The translations under genes were made by a program, and so were the position numbers. Shown here in pieces: positions 9,682 through 17,983 of a stretch of DNA of 32,000 nt (position 1 is its first letter; every line of letters starts with the position of its first letter). Origin of the DNA: Sinorhizobium meliloti. GTDB lineage: Bacteria > Pseudomonadota > Alphaproteobacteria > Rhizobiales > Rhizobiaceae. Location of the stretch: the NCBI RefSeq assembly GCF_017876815.1, contig NZ_JAGIOS010000001.1:1290001-1322000 (forward strand), read 5' to 3'. Under the pieces are notes generated by a model, which did no database searches, was not told where the DNA came from, and saw only the letters and a program-made list of their open reading frames with translations.

Positions 9682-10851
9682 GGCAGGGGAATCGCATTTA
9701 GCAAATAAGCGGTTGTTTTGTTGCGGCAAATCGATTCTTGGAGTTCTCCGCTGACTTGGAGGTCTCGATGAGTAGATTTGCCGCTTGCTTTGAAGATTTG
9801 CCCGATCCGCGCGGTCGCAATGCGCGCCATCCGTTGACGTCGATCCTGTTCATTGCCGTTGCGGCGATTGTCTGCGGTGCGGAAAGCTGTACCGATATGG
9901 CCGATTTCGGCGTTGCCAAGAAGAAATGGCTGAAGACAATCGTGCCGCTGCCCTATGGCATTCCCAGCCATGACACCTTCTCCACCGTCTTCCGCCATCT
10001 CGATCCGGATGCCTTTGACGCGGCCTTTCGCCGTCTCACGGCGAGCTTTGCGCAGGGTCTCGAAGGGGTGGTAGCGATCGATGGCAAGGCGGTGCGCGGT
10101 GCCTACCGGCGCGCCGCCAAGGCCACGCCACTCCACTTCGTCAATGTCTGGGCTGCCGGTCCCGGTCTGGTCATCGGCCAAAAGCTCGCGCCGGGCCGCA
10201 ATGAGGTGCAAGGGGCTCTCGATGCGCTCGCGCTGCTGGCACTGGAGGGCTCTATCGTCACCGCCGATGCCCTGCATTGCCGGCCCGACACCGCCCGCGC
10301 CATCCTCGCTGCCGGCGGCGATTATGCTCTGGCACTGAAGGCCAACCAGCCCGGCCTCTTGGCCCAGGCGCTCGCCCGCATCGAGGACGCCGACCACGTC
10401 GAGAGCATCCAGATTGCAGCCGAGACTGCCCATGACCGCACCGAGACACGCCGCGCCAGCGTTGTGGCTGTCGACGATATCAACTTTCCGGGCCTGCAGG
10501 CCATCGGCTGCGTCGAGACCACAAGCCGTCATACCAACGGCCATTTGACCAGCCATGTCCGCTACTTCCTGCTCTCCACCACCATGTCGCCGAGCGCGCT
10601 GATCGAGGTTGTAAGAACCCATTGGCAAATCGAAAACAAACTGCATTGGGTTCTGGATGTCCACTTCCGCGAGGACGCCGCCAGAAACCGCAAGGACAAC
10701 GGCCCTCAGAACATTGCCTTCTTGCGCAAGATCGCTCTCAACCTCTTGCGATCTCACCCCGACAAGGCCTCCATCCGCCGGAAAATCAAAAAGGCGGGCT
10801 GGGATGACCAATTCCTCACTTCTCTTATCGCTCATATGCGATAGCCCTGCC
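9682..10851 (+). mobile_element. ISAs1-family insertion sequence, apparently intact (about 1.17 kb)
   Basis: Imperfect terminal inverted repeats: left GGCAGGGGAATCGCATTTAGCAAATAAG, and reverse complement of the right end GGCAGGGCTATCGCATATGAGCGATAAG. Flanked by direct repeat CTTGTG (9676-9681 and 10852-10857), extendable to CCTTGTGGG because the boundary is ambiguous. Size, single ORF and IR length fit the ISAs1 family. Confidence 0.8.
9768..10844 (+). CDS. ISAs1-family DDE transposase (H-repeat-associated protein type)
   Basis: Starts MSRFAACFEDLPDPRGRNARHPLTSILFIAVAAIVCGAESCTDMADFG and continues to IDGKAVRG...HWQIENKLHWVLDVHFREDAARNRKDNGPQNIAFLRKIALNLLR, the hallmark N- and C-terminal blocks of ISAs1 transposases. 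GGAGG lies 8 nt upstream of ATG 9768. The track start 9738 is a further-upstream alternative codon. Confidence 0.9.
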   Translation: MSRFAACFEDLPDPRGRNARHPLTSILFIAVAAIVCGAESCTDMADFGVAKKKWLKTIVPLPYGIPSHDTFSTVFRHLDPDAFDAAFRRLTASFAQGLEGVVAIDGKAVRGAYRRAAKATPLHFVNVWAAGPGLVIGQKLAPGRNEVQGALDALALLALEGSIVTADALHCRPDTARAILAAGGDYALALKANQPGLLAQALARIEDADHVESIQIAAETAHDRTETRRASVVAVDDINFPGLQAIGCVETTSRHTNGHLTSHVRYFLLSTTMSPSALIEVVRTHWQIENKLHWVLDVHFREDAARNRKDNGPQNIAFLRKIALNLLRSHPDKASIRRKIKKAGWDDQFLTSLIAHMR

Positions 10852-10862
10852 CTTGTGGGGAG

Positions 10863-11274
10863 CTACGGCATGCACATATCTCTTGCGCGCCGGTGCGGCG
10901 GATACTGCTCATGAAGGGGATCCCTCGGGAACCCAACCGCCTCAACCCCGCTCGGTCTCGGTTGCCCCTCAACCGGCTGCCGCCACCTTCTCCCCGCAGG
11001 CGGGGAGAAGGGATATGCCGCGCCCGCTCGCTCCCTCGGGCGGGCGGTGAATGCGGGGTTCAGTTGGCGCCGCTTGTCCCTTCTCCCCCGCCTGCGGGGA
11101 GAAGGTGCCGGCAGGCGGATGAGGGGCGGGTGACCGCTAATGCCAATGTTAGCGCATACGGGTTTGATCCCAAGGACCCATCCGCAAGCCTCGCCACTGC
11201 TGGAAATACAGATGCCGCCACTCCGGAGTAAGTCCGCGAAGGGCTGGACAACAAGAGATATGTGCATGCCGTAG
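10863..11274. repeat. 412-bp foldback / MITE-like mosaic repeat element
   Basis: Perfect 23-bp terminal inverted repeat: CTACGGCATGCACATATCTCTTG (10863-10885) and CAAGAGATATGTGCATGCCGTAG (11252-11274). The IR continues imperfectly inward (CCGGTGCGGCGGATACTG vs CCGGAGTGGCGGCATCTG). Inside are two copies of the palindromic unit CCTTCTCCCC..GGGGAGAAGG (10986-11011 and 11089-11115). No credible coding frame. Confidence 0.55.
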
Positions 11275-11319
11275 TTGTGACGAGGGGTTGGGGAGGGGCC
11301 TTTTGCGGACACCGCGACC

Positions 11320-11940
11320 TCAAGGATTGACCCGTCGCAGCGTCAGATTGAGCCGGCCGCCGCTCCTCAGGAGCGTCGACGTGTTCGGATAGATGCGGTC
11401 GACGCCGTGAAAGGCGAGGCGTCCTTCGCCGCCGAGCACGACGACGTCGCCGCTTTCGAGCCTGAAAGACACGGTCTGTCCGCCGCGCGTGCGGCCGCCG
11501 ACGCGGAAGAGGCAGTCGTCGCCGAGCGAGATCGAAACGACGGCGGTCTCGAGATCGCGCTCGTCCCGGTCCTGGTGGAGCCCCATGCGTGCCTCTGCCG
11601 AGTAGAAATTCACCAGGCAGGCCTCGGGGGACTTGTCGCTTCCGGCCACGGCATTCCAGATGTCCTGCAGCATGCCCGGTATCGGCGGCCACGGCTTGCC
11701 GGTGACCGGATGCGTGGCCTGGTAGCGGTAGCCGCGCTCGCGGTCGGTGACCCAGCCGAGCGCGCCGCAATTGGTCATGCGCACGGACATGGGTTTGCCG
11801 GTCTTCGGCATTGCGGGCGCGAAGAGCGGAGCCTCCGCCACGACGGCGCGGACGGCCTCGACCAGTTCCTCCTGGCGCGAACGGTCGAGGAAACCGGGAA
11901 TGTGTCTCACCCCTTTCGGCAGCACAAGCATTGGCGGCAT
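11320..11940 (-). CDS. alkB: alpha-ketoglutarate-dependent DNA/RNA dioxygenase AlkB
   Basis: Fe(II)/2OG motifs HQDRDE (HxD), AFHGV and the C-terminal RLNLTLRRV (RxNxTxR). Start uncertain: ATG 11940 gives 206 aa, and ATG 11931, ATG 12003 and GTG 12012 are also in frame. Confidence 0.85.
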   Translation of the reverse strand: MPPMLVLPKGVRHIPGFLDRSRQEELVEAVRAVVAEAPLFAPAMPKTGKPMSVRMTNCGALGWVTDRERGYRYQATHPVTGKPWPPIPGMLQDIWNAVAGSDKSPEACLVNFYSAEARMGLHQDRDERDLETAVVSISLGDDCLFRVGGRTRGGQTVSFRLESGDVVVLGGEGRLAFHGVDRIYPNTSTLLRSGGRLNLTLRRVNP

Positions 11941-12044
11941 CCTGTCATGCGGTATCGATCGAATCCTCCCGTCAGCAGATCGGGCGGGAGATGACAGGTA
12001 CATAGCGCTCACCAGGGTCGGGATCGACCCGAAACGGCCTTCGT

Positions 12045-12518
12045 TCAGCCGGCATCCAGATCCGGGATGCGCAGCACCTGCCCCGGATAGATCTTGTCGG
12101 GATGGGTGAGCATGGGCTTATTGGCTTCGAAGATCGCGGTGTGCTTGGCGCCCTTGCCCTTGCCGTAATGCGCCTCGGCGATCTTCCAGAGATTGTCCTC
12201 CTTCTTCACTGTGTGGAAGACCGGGGCCTTCGCCTCGGCCGGCGCGGCGGCGCCGTCGGCGACCTTGAGCTCGGATGCCTCGACCTTGGATATGCCGAGC
12301 GTATTGCCGACCGCCACGACCGCCTTCTCGAAGGTGGACTGGTCCCGTACGACACCCTTCAGTACGACCTTGTCATCCACGACGTCGACCTTGACGTCCT
12401 TCGTGCCGAGATCATGGGAAGCGAGCTCCTTTTCGACACTCGCCGCATCCGGCGGCGTGTCGTCGCCGCCAATCCCGAGCTTCTTTCCCGCGTTCTTGAT
12501 GAAACTGAACAAACCCAT
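12045..12518 (-). CDS. BON + LysM domain protein (Kbp/YgaU-like)
   Basis: 157 aa. BON-like VKVDVVDDKVVLKGVVRDQSTFEKAVVAVGN and C-terminal LysM HTVKKEDNLWKIAEAHYG...IYPGQVLRIP. Strong SD GAGGAGG upstream of the ATG. Confidence 0.85.
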   Translation of the reverse strand: MGLFSFIKNAGKKLGIGGDDTPPDAASVEKELASHDLGTKDVKVDVVDDKVVLKGVVRDQSTFEKAVVAVGNTLGISKVEASELKVADGAAAPAEAKAPVFHTVKKEDNLWKIAEAHYGKGKGAKHTAIFEANKPMLTHPDKIYPGQVLRIPDLDAG

Positions 12519-12603
12519 GATTGCCTCCTCTTCCGCAGACTATCCAATAAGAGAGGGCGATTGCGGGAAAAAGACAAGAGGAGCGAACACAACTTTCGCG
12601 CGC

Positions 12604-13038
12604 TCAGTCGCCGGCGGGGCGGCCGCGCAGCTTCTTGACTTCGGAACGGCCGGATTTTTCCTTCAGCCGGCGCTCGATCGAACCGCGCGTCGGCTTCGTC
12701 TTCCTGCGCGGCGGGGGCGGCGGTTCCGCCGCCTTCAGGATCAGTTCCTTCAGCCGCTCGCGGGCGTCCTCGCGATTGCGTTCCTGACTGCGGAAGCGAT
12801 TGGCTTCGATCATCAGGACCCCCTCTTTCGAGGCGCGGCGTCCGGCGAGCTTCAAGGCATTGGCCTTGACGCGCTCCGGCAGGGACGGCGAAGCCTGCAC
12901 GTCGAAGAAAAGCTGGACGGCCGTCGAGACCTTGTTGACGTTCTGCCCGCCCGGGCCGCCGGCCAGCACGAATTGCTCCGTGAGCTCCCATCCGGCGATC
13001 ACGATGTTTTCGTTGATGTAAAGCGGTTCGCTTGCCAT
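12604..13038 (-). CDS. arfB: alternative ribosome-rescue factor ArfB (YaeJ; peptidyl-tRNA hydrolase)
   Basis: 144 aa. GGQ motif in GGPGGQNVNKVSTAV and a basic C-terminal tail (PRRKTKPTRGSIERRLKEKSGRSEVKKLRGR). SD GAGGAAG. Confidence 0.9.
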   Translation of the reverse strand: MASEPLYINENIVIAGWELTEQFVLAGGPGGQNVNKVSTAVQLFFDVQASPSLPERVKANALKLAGRRASKEGVLMIEANRFRSQERNREDARERLKELILKAAEPPPPPRRKTKPTRGSIERRLKEKSGRSEVKKLRGRPAGD

Positions 13039-13085
13039 GGTTCTTCCTCGGCCGTTCTATCGCATGCCTGAAAACCAGCCGCAAA

Positions 13086-13115
13086 TGCAAAACCCGGCCG
13101 CAGGCAGCCGGGTTT
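13086..13115 (-). terminator. rho-independent terminator downstream of pckA
   Basis: The minus strand reads CCCGGCTGCCTGCGGCCGGGTTTTGCATTTG: a CCCGGC/GCCGGG stem followed by a T-run, about 27 nt after the pckA stop. Confidence 0.6.
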
Positions 13116-13141
13116 CACGTGAATCATGGCAAGAGACCGGT

Positions 13142-14752
13142 TTATTCGGCGGCCACCCTCGCGCCCGGGGCTGCGTCGCGCACGCTGCCGTCGACATGGC
13201 GCTCGAACTTGGCGAAGTTGGCAATGAACATGTCGACGAGGCGCCGTGCCTGGGTGTCATAAGCCACGCCATCCGCCCAGGTCGAGCGCGGGTCGAGAAT
13301 GCCGGCCTCGACGCCCGGTACCGACACCGGCACCGCGAAGCCGAAATTCGCATCCGTGCGGAACGAGGCGTTGTTCAGCGAGCCGTCGAGCGCTGCCGAA
13401 AGAAGCGCGCGCGTCACCTTGATCGGCATGCGGCTTCCCGTGCCAAAGGCGCCGCCGGTCCAGCCGGTGTTGACGAGCCAGCAGGTGACGCCGTTCCTGG
13501 CGATGAGGTCCTTGAGAAGATTGCCGTATTCGGACGGATGGCGCGGCATGAAGGGTGCGCCGAAGCAGGTCGAGAAAGTCGCCTCCGGCTCCGTCACGCC
13601 CTTTTCGGTGCCGGCAACCTTGGCGGTGTAGCCGGAGAGGAAGTGATACATGGCCTGTTCCGGCGTCAGCTTGGCGATCGGCGGCAGAACCCCGAAGGCG
13701 TCCGCCGTCAGCATGATGATCGTGCGCGGCTGCGGCGCCGTGCCGGTCTTGCTGGCGTTCGGAATGAAGTGCAGCGGATAGGCGCAGCGGGTGTTCTCCG
13801 TCAGCGAGCCGTCGTCGAAGTCAGGAAGGCGCCGCTCGTCGAGGACGACGTTCTCCATCACGGTACCGAAGCGCCGCGTCGTCGCAAAGATCTCGGGCTC
13901 GGCCGCTTCCGAAAGGCGGATCGCCTTGGCATAGCAGCCGCCCTCGAAATTGAAGACGCCCTTTTCGCTCCAGCCGTGCTCGTCGTCACCGATCAGGGTA
14001 CGGTTCGGATCGGCGGAGAGCGTCGTCTTGCCGGTGCCCGAGAGGCCGAAGAAGATCGCCGTGTCGCCGGCGGGCCCGACATTGGCCGAGCAGTGCATCG
14101 GCATCACCGACTTCTCGGGCAGCAGGTAATTGAGAACGGTGAAAACCGACTTCTTCATCTCGCCCGCATAGGAAGTACCGCCGATCAGCACGAGGCCGTT
14201 GGTCAGGTCGCAGGCGATGACCGTCTCGCTGCGGCAGCCGTGGCGTACGGGATCGGCCTTGAAGCTCGGCAGGTCGATGATCGTGAGCTTCGGCTGAAAA
14301 GACGGAAGCGCCTCGCGCTCCGGGCGGATCAACAGATTGCGGATGAACAGCGAGTGCCAGGCGAACTCGGTAACGACGCGCGTCGGCAGCGCGTTCTCCG
14401 GGTCGGCACCGCCGACGAGGTCCTGGACATACAGCGACATGCCCTTTGCATGCGCGAGCATGTCCCGACGAAGAACCTCGAAATGCTCCGGCGAAATCGC
14501 GCTGTTGTTGTCCCACCAGATCTGGTCGGCCGTGTTGGCGTCGCGCACGACATACTTGTCCTTGGGCGAGCGGCCCGTGTGCTGGCCGGTGCGGGCGCAA
14601 AGCGCGCCATGGGCCGTCAATTCGGCTTCACCGCGGGCCAGGGCTTCTTCGTAAAGCTGCGCCGCCTCGAAGTTGTAGCGGACCACCGACAGGTCGGAAA
14701 ATCCGATCGATTCCAGTCCGATAGAGGGATTGCGGCTGCCGAGCTCATCCAT
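13142..14752 (-). CDS. pckA: phosphoenolpyruvate carboxykinase (ATP)
   Basis: Start set at [18 protein letters not shown] (ATG 14752-14750), preceded by SD GAAGGAAG, giving 536 aa. Kinase-1a motif [18 protein letters not shown]. The track ORF to 14836 adds a non-conserved extension. Confidence 0.95.
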   Translation of the reverse strand: MDELGSRNPSIGLESIGFSDLSVVRYNFEAAQLYEEALARGEAELTAHGALCARTGQHTGRSPKDKYVVRDANTADQIWWDNNSAISPEHFEVLRRDMLAHAKGMSLYVQDLVGGADPENALPTRVVTEFAWHSLFIRNLLIRPEREALPSFQPKLTIIDLPSFKADPVRHGCRSETVIACDLTNGLVLIGGTSYAGEMKKSVFTVLNYLLPEKSVMPMHCSANVGPAGDTAIFFGLSGTGKTTLSADPNRTLIGDDEHGWSEKGVFNFEGGCYAKAIRLSEAAEPEIFATTRRFGTVMENVVLDERRLPDFDDGSLTENTRCAYPLHFIPNASKTGTAPQPRTIIMLTADAFGVLPPIAKLTPEQAMYHFLSGYTAKVAGTEKGVTEPEATFSTCFGAPFMPRHPSEYGNLLKDLIARNGVTCWLVNTGWTGGAFGTGSRMPIKVTRALLSAALDGSLNNASFRTDANFGFAVPVSVPGVEAGILDPRSTWADGVAYDTQARRLVDMFIANFAKFERHVDGSVRDAAPGARVAAE

Positions 14753-15093
14753 GGTCAAGCTTCCTTCGTGTTTGGCCATTGGCGTTGAATTTCGTCGGAA
14801 CATACCGGCAAGGCTGACCCAAGACAAGATAGCCAATTCTAAAAGGATAATGAATTCAGTATATTAATCGATTTAAAGAAAAATATGCATTTTTTAATCG
14901 GTTGAATCGCAGCTTCCGGAAACCCACCTGCGAGGCCAATTGCGGGGAAACCGGATCAGGTGCTTTTGCACTTCGCCACAATTTGTTCCACCTTTATACT
15001 CAAGTAACGCGGCCGTGACTCGCGGTTGCCGCGATTCTTGCAACGCATCTCGAAGCGTCTCGGCAACCGGGCCTCGAAACGGAGTAGAATAAG
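14753..15093. promoter_or_regulatory. divergent pckA / chvI promoter region with an AT-rich core and LacI-type-like palindromes
   Basis: 341-bp non-coding spacer. The AT-rich block at 14836-14900 stands out from the GC-rich surroundings. TTAATCGATTT (14864-14874, core AATCGATT is a perfect palindrome) and TTAATCGGTTGAATCG (14894-14909). Confidence 0.5.
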
Positions 15094-15816
15094 ATGCAGA
15101 CCATCGCGCTTGTCGATGACGACCGCAACATCCTGACGTCCGTGTCCATCGCGCTGGAAGCCGAGGGCTACAAGGTCGAAACCTATACGGACGGCGCATC
15201 GGCGCTGGAGGGTCTGCTGGCGCGTCCGCCGCAGCTCGCTATCTTCGACATCAAGATGCCCCGCATGGACGGCATGGAGCTGTTGCGGCGGCTGAGACAG
15301 AAGTCCGACCTGCCCGTCATCTTTCTCACGTCCAAGGACGAGGAGATCGACGAGCTCTTCGGTCTGAAGATGGGCGCCGACGACTTCATCACCAAGCCCT
15401 TCTCACAGCGCCTCCTGGTGGAGCGCGTCAAGGCGATCCTGCGTCGCGCGGCCAACCGGGAGGCCGCGGCCGGGGGCACCGGACCGGCGAAGAATGCCGA
15501 CACGCCTTCCCGCTCGCTCGAACGGGGACAGCTCGTCATGGACCAGGAGCGGCATACCTGCACCTGGAAGAACGAGTCCGTCACGCTGACCGTCACGGAG
15601 TTCCTCATCCTGCACGCACTGGCGCAGCGACCCGGCGTGGTGAAGAGCCGCGACGCGCTGATGGATGCCGCCTACGACGAACAGGTCTATGTGGACGACC
15701 GCACGATCGACAGCCACATCAAGCGGCTTCGCAAGAAGTTCAAGATGGTCGACAACGACTTCGACATGATCGAGACGCTCTACGGCGTCGGCTATCGCTT
15801 CCGCGAGACGGCCTGA
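15094..15816 (+). CDS. chvI: OmpR-family response regulator ChvI
   Basis: 240 aa starting [34 protein letters not shown]. Phospho-acceptor region [13 protein letters not shown]-terminal winged helix YGVGYRFRE. Divergent from pckA and followed by chvG, as in Sinorhizobium, Agrobacterium and Brucella. Confidence 0.97.
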   Translation: MQTIALVDDDRNILTSVSIALEAEGYKVETYTDGASALEGLLARPPQLAIFDIKMPRMDGMELLRRLRQKSDLPVIFLTSKDEEIDELFGLKMGADDFITKPFSQRLLVERVKAILRRAANREAAAGGTGPAKNADTPSRSLERGQLVMDQERHTCTWKNESVTLTVTEFLILHALAQRPGVVKSRDALMDAAYDEQVYVDDRTIDSHIKRLRKKFKMVDNDFDMIETLYGVGYRFRETA

Positions 15817-15882
15817 GGGAGCGAGCCGGCGGATTGCGGATCACTCGTGGCCAGCGCCGTTGCGCCCGTGCCCCCCTTGTTG

Positions 15883-15989
15883 GATCACGATGTTTTTAGG
15901 TCGGGTCGACCTAAAAACATGAACGTGATCGACTAAGAAGTTAGCGGGATGCGGGCGGAAAACCGCACACAGTTTTCCTCATCCCGCTA
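15883..15989. repeat. RIME1-like 107-bp double-palindrome repeat (copy 1, chvI-chvG spacer)
   Basis: Palindrome 1: GATCACGATGTTTTTAGGTCG / CGACCTAAAAACATGAACGTGATC (15883-15930). Palindrome 2: AGCGGGATG...CATCCCGCT (15943-15988), enclosing GCGGAAAACCGC. Its size, two large palindromes and location match the published description of RIME1 in the chvI-chvG spacer (Osteras, Stanley and Finan 1995). Confidence 0.7.
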
Positions 15990-15990
15990 C

Positions 15991-16099
15991 TGCATGTTTC
16001 CTTTAATCGTATCCGATTAAAGGACAAAAACATGCAGCAGATCAAAGTGCTACAGTGACCTTTGCGCGTCTGGTAAGACGCGCGGCGCTGTAGCGCTTG
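15991..16099. repeat. second double-palindrome element (about 109 bp, RIME2-like)
   Basis: Palindrome A: TGCATGTTTCCTTTAATCG / CGATTAAAGGACAAAAACATGCA (15991-16036). Palindrome B: GCTACAG..CGCGTCT-ggta-AGACGCG..CTGTAGC (about 16049-16095). Only one copy is in this window, so the family assignment is inference from size and structure. Confidence 0.45.
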
Positions 16100-16195
16100 C
16101 GCAGCAGCGCCGGCTGGCGTAGGGCATCGCGGGAACGGGCGAATGCGACAGGCGACGCGGGCAGTAGCGAACGTCGAATCGCGGGAGCGGGAGAC

Positions 16196-17983
16196 TTGGT
16201 AGAAGTCTTGCAGGGCGATATCGAAGAAGCGGAAGGACGGGCATCGACGCTGCGCGGGCAGCGGCGATGGGCGCATCCCTTTACGCTGATCCGGCGCCTG
16301 TTCGGCAATGCGGTCTTCTCGAGCCTCACGCGGCGCATCGTCTTCTTCAACCTGGTGGCGCTCGTGGTCCTCGTCGGCGGGATCATGTATCTCAACCAGT
16401 TCCGGGAAGGTCTGATCGACGCCCGGGTGGAGAGCCTTCTGACGCAGGGCGAGATCATCGCCGGCGCCATCTCGGCCTCCGCCTCGGTGGACACCAATTC
16501 GATCACCATCGATCCGGAAAAGCTGCTCGAATTGCAGGCCGGTGAAAGCATCACACCGCTGCCGAGCGACGAAGACCTCGAATTCCCGATCATTCAGGAG
16601 CGCGTGGCGCCGGTCTTGAGAAGACTGATCTCGCCGACACGCACGCGCGCGCGCCTCTTCGACGCCGATGCCGACCTGCTGCTCGATTCGCGCCACCTCT
16701 ATAGCGGCGGACAGGTGCTTCGTTTCGACCTGCCGCCGGTCGATCCGGAAAGTCCGAGCCTCGCCGATGAGTTCGGCACCTGGTTCAACCGGCTGCTGCA
16801 GCCGGGCGACCTGCCGCTCTACAAGGAGCCGCCGGGCGGCAACGGTTCGATCTATCCGGAGGTGATGAACGCCCTGACCGGCGTGCGCGGCGCCGTGGTG
16901 CGCGTGACCGAGAAGGGCGAGCTGATCGTTTCGGTGGCCGTTCCGGTACAGCGCTTCCGTGCGGTCCTCGGCGTGCTCCTCCTCTCCACCCAGGCCGGCG
17001 ACATCGACAAGATCGTCCATGCCGAACGGCTGGCGATCATCCGCGTTTTCGGCGTGGCCGCACTGGTCAACGTCATCCTCTCGCTGCTTCTCTCGTCGAC
17101 GATCGCCAACCCGCTGCGGCGGCTTTCGGCCGCGGCCATCCGCGTGCGCCGCGGCGGCGCCAAGGAACGGGAGGAGATCCCGGACTTCTCATCCCGCCAA
17201 GACGAAATCGGCAATCTTTCCGTGGCGCTCCGGGAGATGACGACGGCGCTCTACGACCGCATCGCGGCGATCGAGAATTTCGCCGCCGATGTGAGCCACG
17301 AACTCAAGAACCCGCTGACGTCGCTTCGCAGCGCGGTCGAAACCTTGCCGCTCGCGCGCAACGAGGAATCGAAGAAGCGGCTGATGGACGTCATCCAGCA
17401 CGACGTGCGACGCCTCGACCGGCTGATCAGCGATATCTCCGACGCCTCGCGCCTGGATGCGGAGCTTGCCCGCGCCGACGCGAAGAAGGTCGACCTCGAA
17501 AAGCTGCTCGGCGACCTCGTCGAAATCTCACGCCAGATCCGGGGCAGCAAGAAACCGGTGCTGCTCGACTTCGTCGTCGACCGCAAGGACAATCCGCGCG
17601 CAAGCTTCATCGTCAGCGGCTACGAGCTGCGCATCGGCCAGATCATCACGAACCTGATCGAAAACGCCCGCTCCTTCGTCCCCGAGCAGAACGGCCGCAT
17701 CGTCGTCCGGCTGACCCGGTCGCGATCGAGGTGCATCGTCTATGTCGAAGACAACGGCCCGGGCATCCAGGCGGAGGACATCGACCGTATCTTCGAGCGC
17801 TTCTACACAGACCGGCCGGAAGGCGAGGACTTCGGCCAGAACTCGGGACTCGGCCTTTCGATCTCGCGCCAGATCGCCGAGGCGCATGGCGGAACGCTCA
17901 GGGCCGAGAACATCGCCGGCAAGGACGGCCGCATCAGCGGCGCCCGCTTCGTTCTCTCGCTGCCCGCCGGACCGCACCCGTGA
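16196..17983 (+). CDS. chvG: sensor histidine kinase ChvG (ExoS)
   Basis: Contains FSSLTRRIVFFNLVALVVLVGGIMYLNQFREGLIDARVESLLTQGEIIAGAI, H-box FAADVSHELKNPLTSLRSAVETL and G2 box NSGLGLSISRQIAEAHGG. The longest ORF starts at TTG 16097, inside the palindromic repeat. In-frame TTG 16196 follows GGGAGCGGGAG and gives 595 aa, which I recall as the ExoS length, so it is preferred. The start remains uncertain. Confidence 0.9.
   Translation: MVEVLQGDIEEAEGRASTLRGQRRWAHPFTLIRRLFGNAVFSSLTRRIVFFNLVALVVLVGGIMYLNQFREGLIDARVESLLTQGEIIAGAISASASVDTNSITIDPEKLLELQAGESITPLPSDEDLEFPIIQERVAPVLRRLISPTRTRARLFDADADLLLDSRHLYSGGQVLRFDLPPVDPESPSLADEFGTWFNRLLQPGDLPLYKEPPGGNGSIYPEVMNALTGVRGAVVRVTEKGELIVSVAVPVQRFRAVLGVLLLSTQAGDIDKIVHAERLAIIRVFGVAALVNVILSLLLSSTIANPLRRLSAAAIRVRRGGAKEREEIPDFSSRQDEIGNLSVALREMTTALYDRIAAIENFAADVSHELKNPLTSLRSAVETLPLARNEESKKRLMDVIQHDVRRLDRLISDISDASRLDAELARADAKKVDLEKLLGDLVEISRQIRGSKKPVLLDFVVDRKDNPRASFIVSGYELRIGQIITNLIENARSFVPEQNGRIVVRLTRSRSRCIVYVEDNGPGIQAEDIDRIFERFYTDRPEGEDFGQNSGLGLSISRQIAEAHGGTLRAENIAGKDGRISGARFVLSLPAGPHP

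Noticed and set aside
9579-10835. 418-aa ORF antisense to the ISAs1 transposase.
   Set aside because: The plus-strand frame carries the hallmark ISAs1 transposase blocks. The antisense frame has none and starts outside the IS boundary.
10986-11115. Two similar palindromic units about 100 bp apart, considered as a CRISPR-like array. The RIME copies were considered for the same reason.
   Set aside because: There are only two units, the repeats are strongly self-complementary mosaic elements with no regular repeat-spacer periodicity, and no cas genes are nearby.
10863-11312. ORFs of 149 aa (-) and 112 aa (+, 10893-11231) inside the foldback repeat. A 236-aa ORF (-, 11060-11770) runs from the alkB region into it.
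   Set aside because: Their sequences are translations of palindromic repeat units (for example SPRRRGRRD, PPAGRRCRQADEG). Both strands give similar peptides because of the symmetry, and there is no SD or start context.
16097-16195. N-terminal 33-aa extension of ChvG from TTG 16097.
   Set aside because: The start codon lies within the stem of the palindromic repeat. The extension is Arg/Ala/Ser-rich, and the 595-aa product from TTG 16196 matches the ExoS length as I recall it. It is retained only as an alternative.
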